A stretch of 48,909 bases of DNA. It comes from Octopus sinensis. Its lineage: Eukaryota. This document shows, one piece after another, positions 1 to 12,346 of this stretch (positions within the stretch are counted from its first letter, which is position 1; each line of letters begins with the position of its first letter). Position numbers and translations under genes: made by a program. The stretch covers positions 1 to 48,909 of the forward strand of contig NW_021834391.1 of the NCBI RefSeq assembly GCF_006345805.1, written 5' to 3'. The notes beneath the pieces were generated by a model. It saw only the letters and a list, made by a program, of their open reading frames with translations. It searched no databases and was not told the DNA's origin.

Positions 1-108
1 TGAATAGTAATGCCCTTATATATATATAAACATATTATATTAATCGTTGCATATATATATATATCTATATATATATATATATATATATTATATATCGTAT
101 GCATCGTA

Positions 109-156
<48 letters not shown>

Positions 157-647
157 GTAATGCATTCATACAACTTAACAACATTACATGCATACATACA
201 CACGTATCCCACATGCACAAACCTCATGAGAATTTTATATCAATCATTTGGGAATGACGAAAAAAATATCTGCTAGATGAGAGAATTACTCTGCTCTATA
301 CCCAGGATGACAAAACCTCATGGAGATACCTTACCATCAACATCATCGAAAGACTAAAGCAAATAAGAAAAAACAAACTGAATAAAATGGCTTCTGTATC
401 GTGTGTATCTATGATCAGCTTTATATCAAATATTTGCTCTATATTTCGTTTTATAATTTTTCTTTAGTTTCTTTTTAGCACCGAATCTAGAGTCATGATA
501 AGGCACTGCTATGTAAGCATACTGTAACCAGCAGGAAATATAATATTCAACCCGTTTACAAAAGAAAATATATCCTTAATAATATCCCCATAAGAACAAC
601 AACAATAATAATAATAATAATAATGATAATAATAATAATAATGTGGA

Positions 648-720
648 GAAGAAGAAGAAGAAGAAGAAGAAGAAGAAGAAGAAGAAGAAGAAGAAGAAGA
701 AGAAGAAGAAGAAGAAGAAG
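648..720. repeat. (GAA)n microsatellite, preceded by (AAT)n at ~604-642
   Basis: Direct reading of tandem units. Confidence 0.97.
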
Positions 721-722
721 GG

Positions 723-924
723 TTTCAAATTTGGGAAAAAGGATAGCAGTCTTAGGTTGAGGGGTTATTCGATTGTATCAACCTCACTGTTAAACTGGCT
801 CTTATTTTAGGGAACGCGAGGGATGAAAGGCGAAGATGATCGTGGTGGAATTCGAACGCAGAACGTAAAAACGTACGAAATGCCCGTAAGCTTTTGCCGT
901 GCCTGCAAACGATTCTGCCAGCTT
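723..924 (-). mobile_element. SINE family A copy (Pol III-type head, degenerate)
   Basis: Reverse complement matches the plus-strand copies at 3802 and 6107 (AGCTGGCAGAA...ACGTTCTG.GTTC.AATTCC...CCTTTCATCC). Confidence 0.8.
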
Positions 925-1923
925 GAATAGTAATATTAATAATAATATTAATAATAATAACAACAACAACAGGAATAATAATACAAAAAAACAAGCTTTA
1001 AATGTCACAATTAAACATTTTAACAAATCCATATTTTTTTAATGTTAACATAGAACGAAATCAAACAATGCTGTAATCGAAGGAGTAACTTCACACTGTG
1101 TTATGAAGGAGTTCGCTATTCGACCCCTGGAGTCATACGTAAGAACTACTTAGCGAAAAAGATCATTAATAATCTAAGTGCCTTTGTCATGGGTTTAGTC
1201 TAGCTTTCGGGACAGGATACAAACCAAAGAAAATTCTACTCCAAATTCGGAACCTTTCCGAAGCGGCCATCTGTAAATTTTTCAAACTTAATTCAGTATA
1301 TGTGTGCATCTGTGAAATATCGTATTTATGAATGTATATATATATATGTATACATATGTGTGTGTGTGTATTCATACATATATATGTGCGAGTATGTGTG
1401 TATGTTTATATATATATAATATATATATATGTATGTATGTATGTTATGTAATGTATGTATGTATAATGTTCTAAGACTTCGAGGAATATTTTAAAAGCAA
1501 AAACTTCCACAAAAGTACATAAATCTATAGAATGATACTTTCTGTTTCAAATTTCGCAATTTCATAATTATACGAAATTTACTTATTTATTTTCATTTTT
1601 TCCTATCTTTTCTTTTTGTGTTTCGATTATTAGAGATTCTGAAAATGTTTCTGTTAGAATTTACAGATAAAAATGATTCACGATTCTGCATAATATTGCT
1701 TTTGTATTCTCAAGGAGTCTCTGAAGAAGGATTATGGAAATTTCCATATGAAAAATGCATCTTGAAGCTATCATTGAATTTAGTTATAATAAATACTGAA
1801 TAGTAAAGATATTACCTTATATTGTATGTATGATATCGCCGATGCCTTACATCTATCATTGCACACATATTCATCAATACATAAAATATATATATATACG
1901 TAAAGGCATATATTTATATATAG

Positions 1924-1971
<48 letters not shown>

Positions 1972-2159
1972 ATATATTATATTATATGGAATACAGACAA
2001 ATGTACATTCGAGCATACGTACATATATAATGATTTCACACTGTTCAATTAGAAAAAATTAAAAATCTATTGGATATTTAAAGGAGATATATTCGAGTGA
2101 CACCTGAGAAATAATTTCAAGTGTATCCTGAAAGTAGACAATATAATAAGAACTTGTTT

Positions 2160-2245
2160 TATCACTATTATTATTATCAATATTATTATTATTATTTTTA
2201 TTATTATTATTATTATTATTATCATTATTATTATCAATATTATTA

Positions 2246-2305
<60 letters not shown>
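2160..2305. repeat. (TAT)n microsatellite
   Basis: Direct reading; explains the poly-Y/poly-I ORF 2121..2411. Confidence 0.95.
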
Positions 2306-2306
<1 letters not shown>

Positions 2307-3200
2307 GCGCCTACTTTAAATATATATAATGAAGCTTATTCAAAATTACGATTTCCTTTCTTAATTTTTGCAGCTGCTGTCGGCAACAATACGTTTATAG
2401 TAATTAAATAACATCTTATTGCGCATAATGAAAAATAATTTGAAGAAAAAAAATAATGAATATAGTTTTAATAGATATAAACTTCTGATGAGAAACGTTG
2501 TGAGGCACGATGTAATCTCTCAAACTATACATATTCAGGTATGCACATATCTGCACATCAAATTACTACAGCCTTCAATTTAGATTTCACACAGAGATGC
2601 ATATATGCGCACACATATACATGTATATATATATATATATATATGTTTGTGTGTTTGTGAGCTTATGTGCGTGTGTAGTGATGTGATGCGGTAGAATTAG
2701 AAGTTAGTTCTGAATTTATACGATTTAGGTTCGCATCCATTGTGTAGGGCAACAGTTTTACTTTAAATTTGGGTGAAAGTATCTCTAGTGACTAAAATTT
2801 GATGAGCAAAATCTGCAGAAACAGGTGGTATATATGTAAACTCGCGCATAAGGACCCACAAACGTTCTCGCAGAGCACACACTTACATATACATCTACGT
2901 TTGATGATAGCTTGCATGTTAATTTCGATGAGGTCCGGAGGAAATGCGTGTCTATAACAATATGTTTTCCTTAAGTTTTCAGAAGACACCCACACGTTGT
3001 CTCTCGAAATTTTCTTGTAGTGGCAAGACAAAATAAAGACAATTCAGCTTGTCTGAGAATGCCGACGAATACTAAATTGCCTGAAGACAACTTCATCATA
3101 GGAGTACCCAGTCTGTTCAGTCCCTAATCCTTTTAGATGTGTAAACGACTCCAGATTCTGAAAACATTAAGTGCCTCTCCAAGTCGACTTCAATCTTCCA

Positions 3201-3305
3201 GAGGCTATAGTAGAAGACACTTGCCCAAGGTGCCACGTGGTTAAACTGATCCCGGAACCATGCGGTTCGTTAGCAAGGTACTTACCACACAGCCACCCCT
3301 ACGCC
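3201..3305 (-). mobile_element. SINE family B 5' part (tRNA-like head plus CORE-like segment)
   Basis: Reverse complement GGCGTAGGGGTGGCTGTGTGGTAAG...GGCACCTTGGGCAAGTGTCTTCTACTATAGCCTC matches other B copies. Confidence 0.85.
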
Positions 3306-3801
3306 TATTTAAATATAAAATACTTTTCCAGGTCTTCTCTGGTTTCTTACTGATTAATTGTGTCTATATGACCTTGTTACTGATCCTAACTTTCTTCACC
3401 CAAATCGGATACAACGTTTGGAATACTTTCTTCCTGTCATGAAATGTCGCTGGAGGAGTTTTCAAGAGGTAGCTCAACAGTTACCAAGAAGTAATGCTGA
3501 AGATATCTGTTTTTTTAAATCAATAAATAGAGAAACCACCCTTAGTAGATTGATGCTTTACGATTTCGCCTTCTTTAGGAAATAAACTAACACTGATTCA
3601 ATGATCAGGTAATTACTTTCTCCCAACAACTTGTTTCCTCATCGTCGAACGACAGAGAACCATCCACCCAGTTTGTGACTATTGCACCATGGCTAATAGA
3701 TTGTATTTTCGGTAGATGTTTATGAAATGGGTGTCACCGTCGTTGTTCTTACAAGAAAACCTGCATTTATTGTCACATGTAATATATTTTTCACAAAGTA
3801 A

Positions 3802-4010
3802 GGCGGCGAGGTGGCAGAATTGCTGCCAAGAAAGGCAAAATGCTGAGTGGAATTCCGCCCGACTTCACGTTCTGAGGTAAAATTCCACCGAGGTCACCTT
3901 TGACTTTCATTTTTTCTGGGTCGATAAAATACGGACCAATTGTGTACTGGAGTCAATGTAAACGTCTTGCAGCTCCTTTAAAATTGCTGGCCGTGTGCCA
4001 AATATGAAAA
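3802..4010 (+). mobile_element. SINE family A copy
   Basis: GGCGGCGAGGTGGCAGAA A-box-like head, family body, TTGCTGGCCGTGTGCCAAA tail. Confidence 0.85.
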
Positions 4011-4359
4011 TAATAATTTTTCCTAAAATGAAAAATGCTGGATGTTGTTCTAAGATAGACTGCTGCGCTTAAGTATATTATCCTTTGAGTTCTCCGTTCT
4101 CCTGATGACATAGCCTCGTATGAATTCTATAGATAAACGCAAAATCTCTGTTATAGTCTGTTGCGATACGGCCGAACAAATTCTCTGTAAATATATCCCT
4201 GATCATCACTTACAAAATACGACGCTGGCACATTTGATAAGTGGAGGCATTCAATGAGTATCAGTAGAATGATAGTATATAAGTATGTATATATTTATTT
4301 CCATATGTATATCTATGTATGTATCTCTCTCTTTCCCACCTCTCTCTCTCTCTCACTCA

Positions 4360-4397
<38 letters not shown>

Positions 4398-5945
4398 TAT
4401 ATATATATATGAACAAAACATTGATGAGAACGACTCACATAGAACCTGTTCTGTCGAGAGATCGCGTATGGAACTACGAAGATACGACGCAAATTTGTTA
4501 CATACATAAACATGTCTGTATTGATAGATAAAAGTATCAGAGAAATTACTTGTATCTATGTATAGGTGACTAATAACCTTGAGGGAAGTGCCCCTGTTTG
4601 GCCGGAGTTCATTGCCTGGGACGAATAAAAGAGAGAAAGAAAGCAAAAACAATATAGTAAGTAAACTACTTCCAGATTTCAACACTACTTTATATATCTT
4701 AATTAGATCAAATATTCGATCTCCATGAATCGATTTGAATTGAGCACTGGAAGTTAAATATATCTACTATACTCCTTGAAAGTTCTATGTCTTGGCAATG
4801 GATTGAGGGCAGCTCCGTTGATACTTACTGCTTGCTCTACGATGCTTCGAAGCATCTAATTGATTATAATGAAGTTTAACACATCTAATTATCTACGTTG
4901 CCGTTGACAACCTGGCCGATTAACCTTCTGAGATATTGGCAGCCATGTTTTTGCCGGTTTTCAATGATAATAGATTTACGAAATACGATATTACTTCTCA
5001 GCATGTAATACTCAATTAAGAAACCTTAATGTTAAAACTGTCAATTATATAGCTTCTACCTGGTGAAATATTTCAGACAGTAATAGGGAAGAAGAGATAC
5101 CGACAGAAGGGTGGAGAGTTAGAGAAGTGGAAGTAAAGAGAAGAAACGTACACTCACACACATGTATATCATCTTATATACATATATATATGTAGTGTGC
5201 GTATGTCTATTTGTATTTGTGTGTGCATATACGTACGTATAGGTATAGATGAGTGTGTGTGTGTATATACATATATATATATATATATGCAATTATTTGT
5301 GTGCATGTCTATATACATATATGTACGTATGTATGTATTTATATGAATATATACGTATATGTATGCAGAGCGAGAGCGAGAGAGAGAGAGAGAGTGAGAG
5401 AGAGAGAGAGAGAGAGACAGAGACACATATATGAATGTATGTGTGTTTATATAAATTAAAGGGATACACATACAGACAAACAGACAGGCAGAGAGGCAGA
5501 CAAGCAGACAAGCAGACAGGCAGTGAGGCATGCAGGAGGGAAAGAGAGACAGGGTGGTAATATTTCTTTCGCTCTCGTTAATGAAAAAAGGAAATTACGG
5601 AAGATAATTGCAAGCATTCTATCATTTCTTTATTGGTTAGACAGGAGGTAGTTGTAGAGGCCGAGATCTTTCTAGATTCTTCTAAGCTGGTGAGTGTGCG
5701 ATGGTATTAGTCCATAGTTTTACTCTCTTTTCCTGGAAGCTCGAACGAAAATACGCTGGATAAATATGGAAAGCATTCCCCAAAAAATGTCGAACGAATG
5801 CTGTTGCATTGACGGTGTCTACTTTGTAAATGGCATACTGTAAGTGATGACAGAATGAGAATCGGGTTTGTCAAGTAGACTACGAGGAAGGGCTATTTTG
5901 CTTTCAAATCTGAAGCCATGTTATTCGAGTAGCGTCGTGTTGTAT

Positions 5946-6087
5946 GGCTGCTGTGTGGCTAAGAAGCTCGCTTTACAACCATATGGTTTGGGGTTCAGTT
6001 CTGCTGCGCAGTTCCTAAGGCAAATGATTTCTACTATAGCCCCGAGCGAACAAATGCCTTATGAGAAAATTTGGTTAACAGAAACTC
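5946..6087 (+). mobile_element. Diverged SINE family B-like copy
   Basis: CTGTGTGGCTAAGAAGCTCGC...GGGGTTCAGTT...TTCTACTATAGCCCCGAGC similar to the B head and core. Confidence 0.7.
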
Positions 6088-6106
6088 TGTGGAATTGTGG
6101 AATTAA

Positions 6107-6339
6107 GGCGGTGAGCTGGCAGAAACGTTAGCACGTCGGGCGAAATGATTAGCGGTATTTCGTCTGCCGCTACGTTCTGAGTTCAAATTCCGTTGAGGTC
6201 GACTTTCCCTTTAATCCTTTCGGGGTCGATAAATTAACTACCAGTTACGCACTGGGATCGATGTAATCGACTTAATCCGTTTGTCTGTCCGTGTTTGTCC
6301 CCTCTGTGTTTAGCCCCTTGTGGGTAGTAAAGAAATAAG
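6107..6339 (+). mobile_element. SINE family A, alternative-tail subfamily
   Basis: Head with A/B-box-like motifs (TGGCAGAAACG; GAGTTCAAATTCC), tail TTTAGCCCCTTGTGGGTAGTAAAGAAATAAG, imperfect TSD AAACTCT(GT)GGAATT. Confidence 0.9.
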
Positions 6340-6650
6340 AAACTCTGGAATTGAAGGTCGTTTCTGAGAATATAATGAGATTCTCTAAGGAGATGCGGAT
6401 GGAGTTTTGCGAAGACTAAACATTTACAAATTTCTTCCATGTGGAAGAATGGTTTCAAAGAAAAGACGAAACTCTAAGATGATAGATTTTGCAACATGGT
6501 ACAGGAAATATAATTCAAAAATCATTGTACAGTTATTCATACTAATATTTGTCCTTCCGGATTAGATGTGACAAAAGATCAGAGACAGACGGAAAGTTCA
6601 GATATTGAGGGATGAAACTATAAATACTTACATTTGCTGCAATACCGGTC

Positions 6651-6862
6651 TAAAATTTTGGGACAAATCCAGCAATTTCGGCGGTGGTGGTGGGGCAAGT
6701 CGATTTCAAGGAACCCAATGCTCAACTGGTAATTATTTTATTAACGCCAAAATGATCAGAGGAAAATGTACTCCGGCGGCACTTAAACCCAGAATGCAGA
6801 GACGGACGAAATGCCGCTAAGGATTTTGTCCGGTGTGCTTAACCATTCTGCCGGCTCGTCCC
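6651..6862 (-). mobile_element. SINE family A copy (diverged)
   Basis: Reverse complement aligns to the family A head, body and tail. Confidence 0.8.
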
Positions 6863-8239
6863 CTTTGGATTCGATGTAATGTTGACTGAATTTACGTAAC
6901 ATGAGTTGAAACAGAAATATATCATCAAACCAAACAGATTTTGGTTTGATAACTTTCTTACTTCATTTCCCTTTATCAACATCTATCACCAATCGAATCC
7001 CAAACTGCACAATTGGAATAATTTGATATATATATATATATATATATATAAGAGGAAAATCGTGTCCAGAAAATTTGCCGGAAGTCATGAAGCCAAATAA
7101 TAAAATATCGCCGTAGAACGGATTCTCTCTATAGAGAATTATATGAGCATTAAAAAAAAAAAAAGAAAGGATGATAAAATCTTTTCTAAAACATTAAAAG
7201 TGTAAGTCTTCATCCAAAGTCAAACACCAAAAAACGTGATGAGGTCATTTAAGGTGAAATTTCGTACGTCGAATTTCTGCGTCGAATTTTCTATAACCGA
7301 GATGAATACCACAGCAGTTGAGAAGAGATGCCAGAAAAGATATTCCCGGATACAAACTCAATGAAACTGGGAAGACCTTTCTCAACAAAACTCATTGCAA
7401 TGACTTTATGGTTGTTGGCTGCATGTCAAAGAAAATTATATTAGCTCTCACTGTAAAGGGTATACATTTGCAATCGCAGGCTAGGAAGTGACGACGACGA
7501 TGGGGATGGTAGTAGTGGTGATGGAGGTGGTGATAATAATAATATACCACATGCATAAAACCAATAATTATGCAGTTAAATCATTTATAGGTGTTACTCG
7601 CATCCTCTGTGCAATTAACACCGAATATGCAACCCACGCTAAAATTAGCCGTGTGAAAATTTTATCAGGAAATGATCAGCCTATAAAGCCCAAACCCTAC
7701 AGAGTGTGATTTCTTAGAATGAATACTATTGATGATCAAAATATAAGAAATTATAGTGTTATAGAAATTAAACGTGCTATGAATATAATAAACAGAAAAT
7801 CATTTACATAGGAGCCTTTAAAATTTGAGTGAATATAATGAGGAATTACTGGTGAAATGTTGAGTGATATGCACATAGTATACACGCACATAAACTTTAG
7901 ATTTATACAAATGGCGTTTGGTTATGGAATTAAATATATCATTGCTAATAGTGGAGAGAGAACGTTCAACTAAGCAGAAAGTACACATTTATCTAAAAAA
8001 TAAGAATTTCGCTGTAAACGTTACGTAGAATGTTTATGTAGTTTTGCTCTCGTAGATACAAATACACGGGTATTGATATACAAAACATATGCATATACAA
8101 AACAGGCCTGTGAAATTCACTCAAAGGATATAAATATTGCCAAATATACAGGAAACACAAAACTCCTTTTTGCATCTCCTAACTGTCTGGATGTTTTGTG
8201 TTCTTCTCCCATTTTTTGTGTGTGTATATATATATATAG

Positions 8240-8396
8240 TAGAAATATTAAAATTACTAAGTCTCTCCAAAGGAGATTGCGGCAGCGTTACTGGATATTA
8301 ATCGTTATCGCCATACTAATATGGCAGTCCATAAAGCGACAGCTTTAATCTTATATTTATGGACTGCCATATTAGTATGGCGATAACTATTAATAT
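8240..8396 (-). mobile_element. Short Penelope-like terminus (tail plus inverted arms), same family as 11861-12297
   Basis: 55-bp tail nearly identical to 11861-11915; arms 8295-8335 and 8356-8396; flanked by TA runs. Confidence 0.7.
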
Positions 8397-8443
8397 ATAT
8401 GCAATAGGCGCTGGAGTGGTTGTTTGGTAAGTAGCTTGCATAC

Positions 8444-10536
8444 TTCCTATGAGTCTTTGTTGTCAGTGAATGAATGCGTCATTGTGTTGTGCACTGAAGA
8501 AGATAGCCGGCGGTGTTTAGCCGGTGAAAAGTAGCTGTTGCAAAGTAAGACTTTTGTCTCTTGGGTCCGGTGGGGGGTTGTTGTCTGTGGTAATATGTTT
8601 TACAAACAAGGAGTCCTTACTGGATTCAGAACTTTAGTCTGCTTGCAGTTCAGCAATATTATTCCCGTGAAGTGAAATTTTTTATCATTGTGAGAAGTAT
8701 AGTTTGGAGGCGTATCCTGCCGCCAAAAGTTGTTCACTTTTTGTGAATAGTGTGTGTTTTTACAAGAACGTTTACCAATAATTGGAAAGCTGTATTGCAA
8801 GTGGAGCATTCTATGTTCTAATCAGAATACCAAAGGGATTTGAGTACTTGAATACCCAGAATAATTTTTGTTGTTTTGTTGAATTGTTGTTTTCTTCTCC
8901 TATTCTTTAATTGTGACTCTCTTTATTGAAGTGTTTGCTTTTCTTCTTCCCTTTTGTTTCCTTTTGATTTCTCTCTTGTCGTTTTGAAATTGTTTTGGAC
9001 TATTGGTTTGGACTTTTTAATTCAAATCACGGCAAAAATACGGATAAGATTGTAGAGTGGAAGATTGTCCCACCTAAGGAGTGGCTGAGACAGCAAGAGG
9101 AGAGAAAGGTGGTGTTGAGAACGTATGTGAAGATTCTCGACACCATTGCCGGAATATCTGCCAACCATTAACTATATCTCTAGGGGTGTCAAACATGCAA
9201 CGGTGTGGTTGACATTTGTCACCCCAGAGGAAGGTCGTAGTTTTGCGAGCCAGCCTTTTGAGGGGAGAGAAGTTTTGTTTCTTCACACTTATTGTGGGAA
9301 AAAGTTAACGAGGCCTTCAGTCTGTGGTTTCTCACCTGGAATTGAATCCGAGTGTATAGAGGATACTATCTGTCGAGGTCTGTGTGGAAGCCGAGCAAAG
9401 TTCCTAAATGTGAAAATTTTTCTTGTGGCTGATTGTGTTGGGTCAAAAGCTGTTTTGACCCTGTGTACCCAATCAGCCATGAATCTGGTTATGCCAGATT
9501 TTTGGAAAATGGCCGGGTGCAGGTACCCGGTGATTCTCAAGCGTGTGCCCCCCCCCCCCGGTGTGATCGGTACCTGGAGTCTGGCCTTATAAAGAAAAAC
9601 TGTCCTCGGGAACAAAGCAAAGTCCTGGAGCAGTTAATCGAGACCTCTGTAGAAGAAGGGATGAAGGCGGCCGAGGTGGTGCAGGACTCCTCGAAGAAGA
9701 GTCGCAAGAGAAGAAGGTGAGCAACAATGGGTGCTCACCGAAGGATCCTAGGGATGCGGGAGGGGAGGCGAATCTCCCGGTTACGGAGGAGACGCACCCT
9801 CCCTCAGTAGAGAAAAAAAGAGGGAGCGGAAGAGAAACGAGACATTGCCAGCAGTCGGTGACATAGCACCGGGATTTCACGGAACCATGTCGGTAGGAGT
9901 TGTGTCACCGGCAGTGGAAGAGACACCGGTGGTGGGAATTGTGCCGCCAACGGTAGAATTGACTACCTCGACCCAGGAGGAAGACCAATTTTTGGTCTTC
10001 TACAGAGGCGTAAAAATAGAAAAGGTGGTGGAAAAGCACCATAAGGGATCCCCAGTGGCCTCCGCAGATAGCTGTGGAGGTCATAACGTTGCCCGTGATG
10101 CATAAGCTGGAGGTACTCAATGAAGATTATCGCTTGAGATCGGGTGACGCCGACTCGGAACCCGCCTTTGTCTTGAATGAAGCGTGGGTGGTGGTGCAGT
10201 ATACATGGACAAGCAATATTGGGGAGGAATAGTGACAAGAGGTTGAAAAGCCTCAGTGTTATAATATTTATTGTGTGTAAGAGGCATAGCGCCCAATTTT
10301 TAAATGGACAATTAAGTCCAATAATATTAAGAACTAAAGTAAGAGGTGCAATACCGCGTTTTTTTTCTTTGTAAAAAAAAAGAGAGAATAATGTTTAAGA
10401 CAAGCAAAAAAATCATCGGGCGTTTCTTGTCTTCTATTAATATCATCCTTTCTTCATCGTTCATCTCACCAATGTTTTTGCCCAGCCCGCAACCTATTCT
10501 GTGTAATGCCTTTATGGCAAAATGTTTGAAATAAAA
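8444..10536 (+). mobile_element. L1/Tx1-type non-LTR retroelement, ORF1-only or internally deleted
   Basis: 12-bp TSD TAGCTTGC(A/T)TAC at 8432-8443 and 10537-10548; 3' end GAAATAAAA; GC-richer coding-like interior with a zinc-knuckle remnant. Confidence 0.8.
9029..10105 (+). pseudogene. Frameshifted ORF1 (gag-like nucleic-acid-binding protein) of the L1/Tx1 element
   Basis: Overlapping plus-strand ORF pieces 9146-9592, 9433-9720 and 9845-10105. CDRYLESGLIKKNC at 9562-9603 fits CX2CX4HX4C with two single-base changes (TGC>TAC, CAT>CTT). The start at 9029 (ACG) is an inferred decayed ATG. Confidence 0.7.
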
Positions 10537-10669
10537 TAGCTTGCTTACGAACCAAATGGTTACGGGTTCAGTCCCACCGCGTAGGACCTTCAGAAGGTGT
10601 CTTCTACTATAGCCTCGGGCCGAACAAAGTCTTGAGAGTTGATTTGCTTAAACTGAAAGAAGCCCGTCG

Positions 10670-10710
<41 letters not shown>

Positions 10711-10987
10711 ATATATGGTTGTATCTGTGTTTGCCCCCCCCCCCTCCAAACATCGTTTGACAAGCGATGCTGTTGTTTACGTCCCCGTAACCTAGCGGTT
10801 CGGAAAAAGAGACCGCTAGAATAAGTACTAGGCTTACAAAAGTATAAGTTCTGAGGTCGAATTGCTCGATTGAAGGTGGCGCTCCAGAATGGCCGCAGTC
10901 AAATGACTGAAACAAGTGTAAGAATTAAAGAATATAACTAAAACTGCCAGAAAAGTTTGCCCAAAGATCTGGTGCATATATACACGC

Positions 10988-11080
<93 letters not shown>

Positions 11081-11090
11081 TATATAATAT

Positions 11091-11152
<62 letters not shown>

Positions 11153-11155
<3 letters not shown>

Positions 11156-11230
11156 AGAGAGTTCACCAAAAAAAACGAAGACGGGTGGTGTACAAAACAA
11201 ACAGATGCATTAGCATAACGCTCAGGAAAA
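11153..11230 (-). mobile_element. Fragment related to the Penelope-like terminus at 15930
   Basis: ACAAAACAAACAGATGCATTAGCATAACGCTCAGGAAA resembles ACAAACAAACAATTGTATTAGTATGGCGCTCAGGAAA at ~16006-16042; starts right after a (TA)n tract. Confidence 0.55.
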
Positions 11231-11860
11231 TTGGTTGGTAAAATTAGTATAAAAATTTGTTTGTGTTGGGCATTCTCTAATAAAGGAAAATGGCGAAATA
11301 TCAGGAGTGCGGCTGCGTAGAAAATATTTGCTTAGAATCTGGCTAAATTTCAAGATAACGTTCGATTCTTTTCCCTACTGCATAGATGCTAGAGGCTCTT
11401 CGATTTGCATAGATTACAGACACTATAATCAAAACTAGAAACATCGGATTCATCCTGGGTCACTACTTGAACATAAATACGCAAAACACACACACACATT
11501 CGCACATACGTAAACACATGCATACACACATGCATACACATACACACCTACACACAGAAACGATCATGCAAGGACACACTGACGAAACATATATGTACAT
11601 GGATACGTTAATATGTCTGTGAGAAAGTTTATTTATCTTTCTTAAGTACGAATATATATATATGTGTGTATGTATGATATACATACGTATATTGGCTGAG
11701 TGGTAAGTAGCTTGCTTACGAACCGCATGTTTCCTTGTTCAGTCTCACTGCGTGGCACCTTGGGCGAGTGTCTTCTACTATAGCCTCGGGCCAGCTAAAG
11801 CCTTGTGAATGGATTTGGTAAACGGAAGCTAAAAGAAACCCGTTGTATATATATATATAA

Positions 11861-12292
11861 TAGAAATATTAAAATTATTAAGTCTCTCTAAAGGAGATTA
11901 CGGCAGCGTTACTGGATATTAATAGTTATCGCCATATTAATATGGCAGTCTATAAATATAATACTAAAGATGTCGCTGATTAGCTCCAAGAGGGCACCGC
12001 CTCTAGCTAGCTATATGACACACGAACATGCGTCCATTACAACCTTCGAACAGGGGAGGTCAACCGCTTCACCTTGCTAGTCACACATCTGCAGACATGT
12101 TTCAGGGTTGTTGCCCTTTATCAATGCAGCGTAGTCAAACCCGCAGGTGTCGCTACTGACCGTCTGTTCGAAGGTTGTAATGGACGCAGGTTCGTGTGTC
12201 ATATAGCTAGCTAGAGGCGGTGGCCTCTTGGAGCTAATCAGCGACAGCTTTAGTCTTATATTTATAGACTGCCATATTAGTATGGCGATAAC

Positions 12293-12297
<5 letters not shown>
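11861..12297 (-). mobile_element. Penelope-like terminus: ~60-bp tail, 132-bp inverted arms (11922-12053 and 12164-12295), hammerhead in the spacer
   Basis: Arms read directly as near-perfect reverse complements; one-sided extension; TA flanks; hammerhead fold on the tail-directed strand. Confidence 0.75.
12089..12129 (-). ncRNA. Type I hammerhead ribozyme, U3-A8 core variant
   Basis: 5'-CUGCA UUGAUAA AGGG-CAACAA-CCCU GAA ACAUGU C UGCAG-3': 5-bp stem I, 4-bp stem II, palindromic stem III, GUC cleavage triplet. Confidence 0.8.

Positions 12298-12346
<49 letters not shown>

Larger units (their letters stand above)
8407..10934 (+). mobile_element. SINE family B split by a LINE-derived insertion (SINE parts 8407-8443 and 10537-10934)
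   Basis: Head GGCGCTGGAGTGG...GTAAGTAGCTTGC resumes at 10537 and runs to the GCCGCAGTCAAATGACTGAAACAAG tail. Confidence 0.9.

Noticed and set aside
2485-2499. CTGATGA directly followed by GAAACGTT
   Set aside because: No stem II and no stem I pairing; probably chance.
4102-4128. CTGATGA followed by a CATA/TATG hairpin
   Set aside because: Not followed by GAAA; no stem I or III.
4841-4856. 16-bp perfect palindrome GATGCTTCGAAGCATC
   Set aside because: Isolated and short, with no supporting context.
8490-8542. CTGAAGA...GAAA near the 5' end of the L1/Tx1 element
   Set aside because: Five extra nt before the hairpin and no UH triplet in register with the TGCA/TGCA stem.
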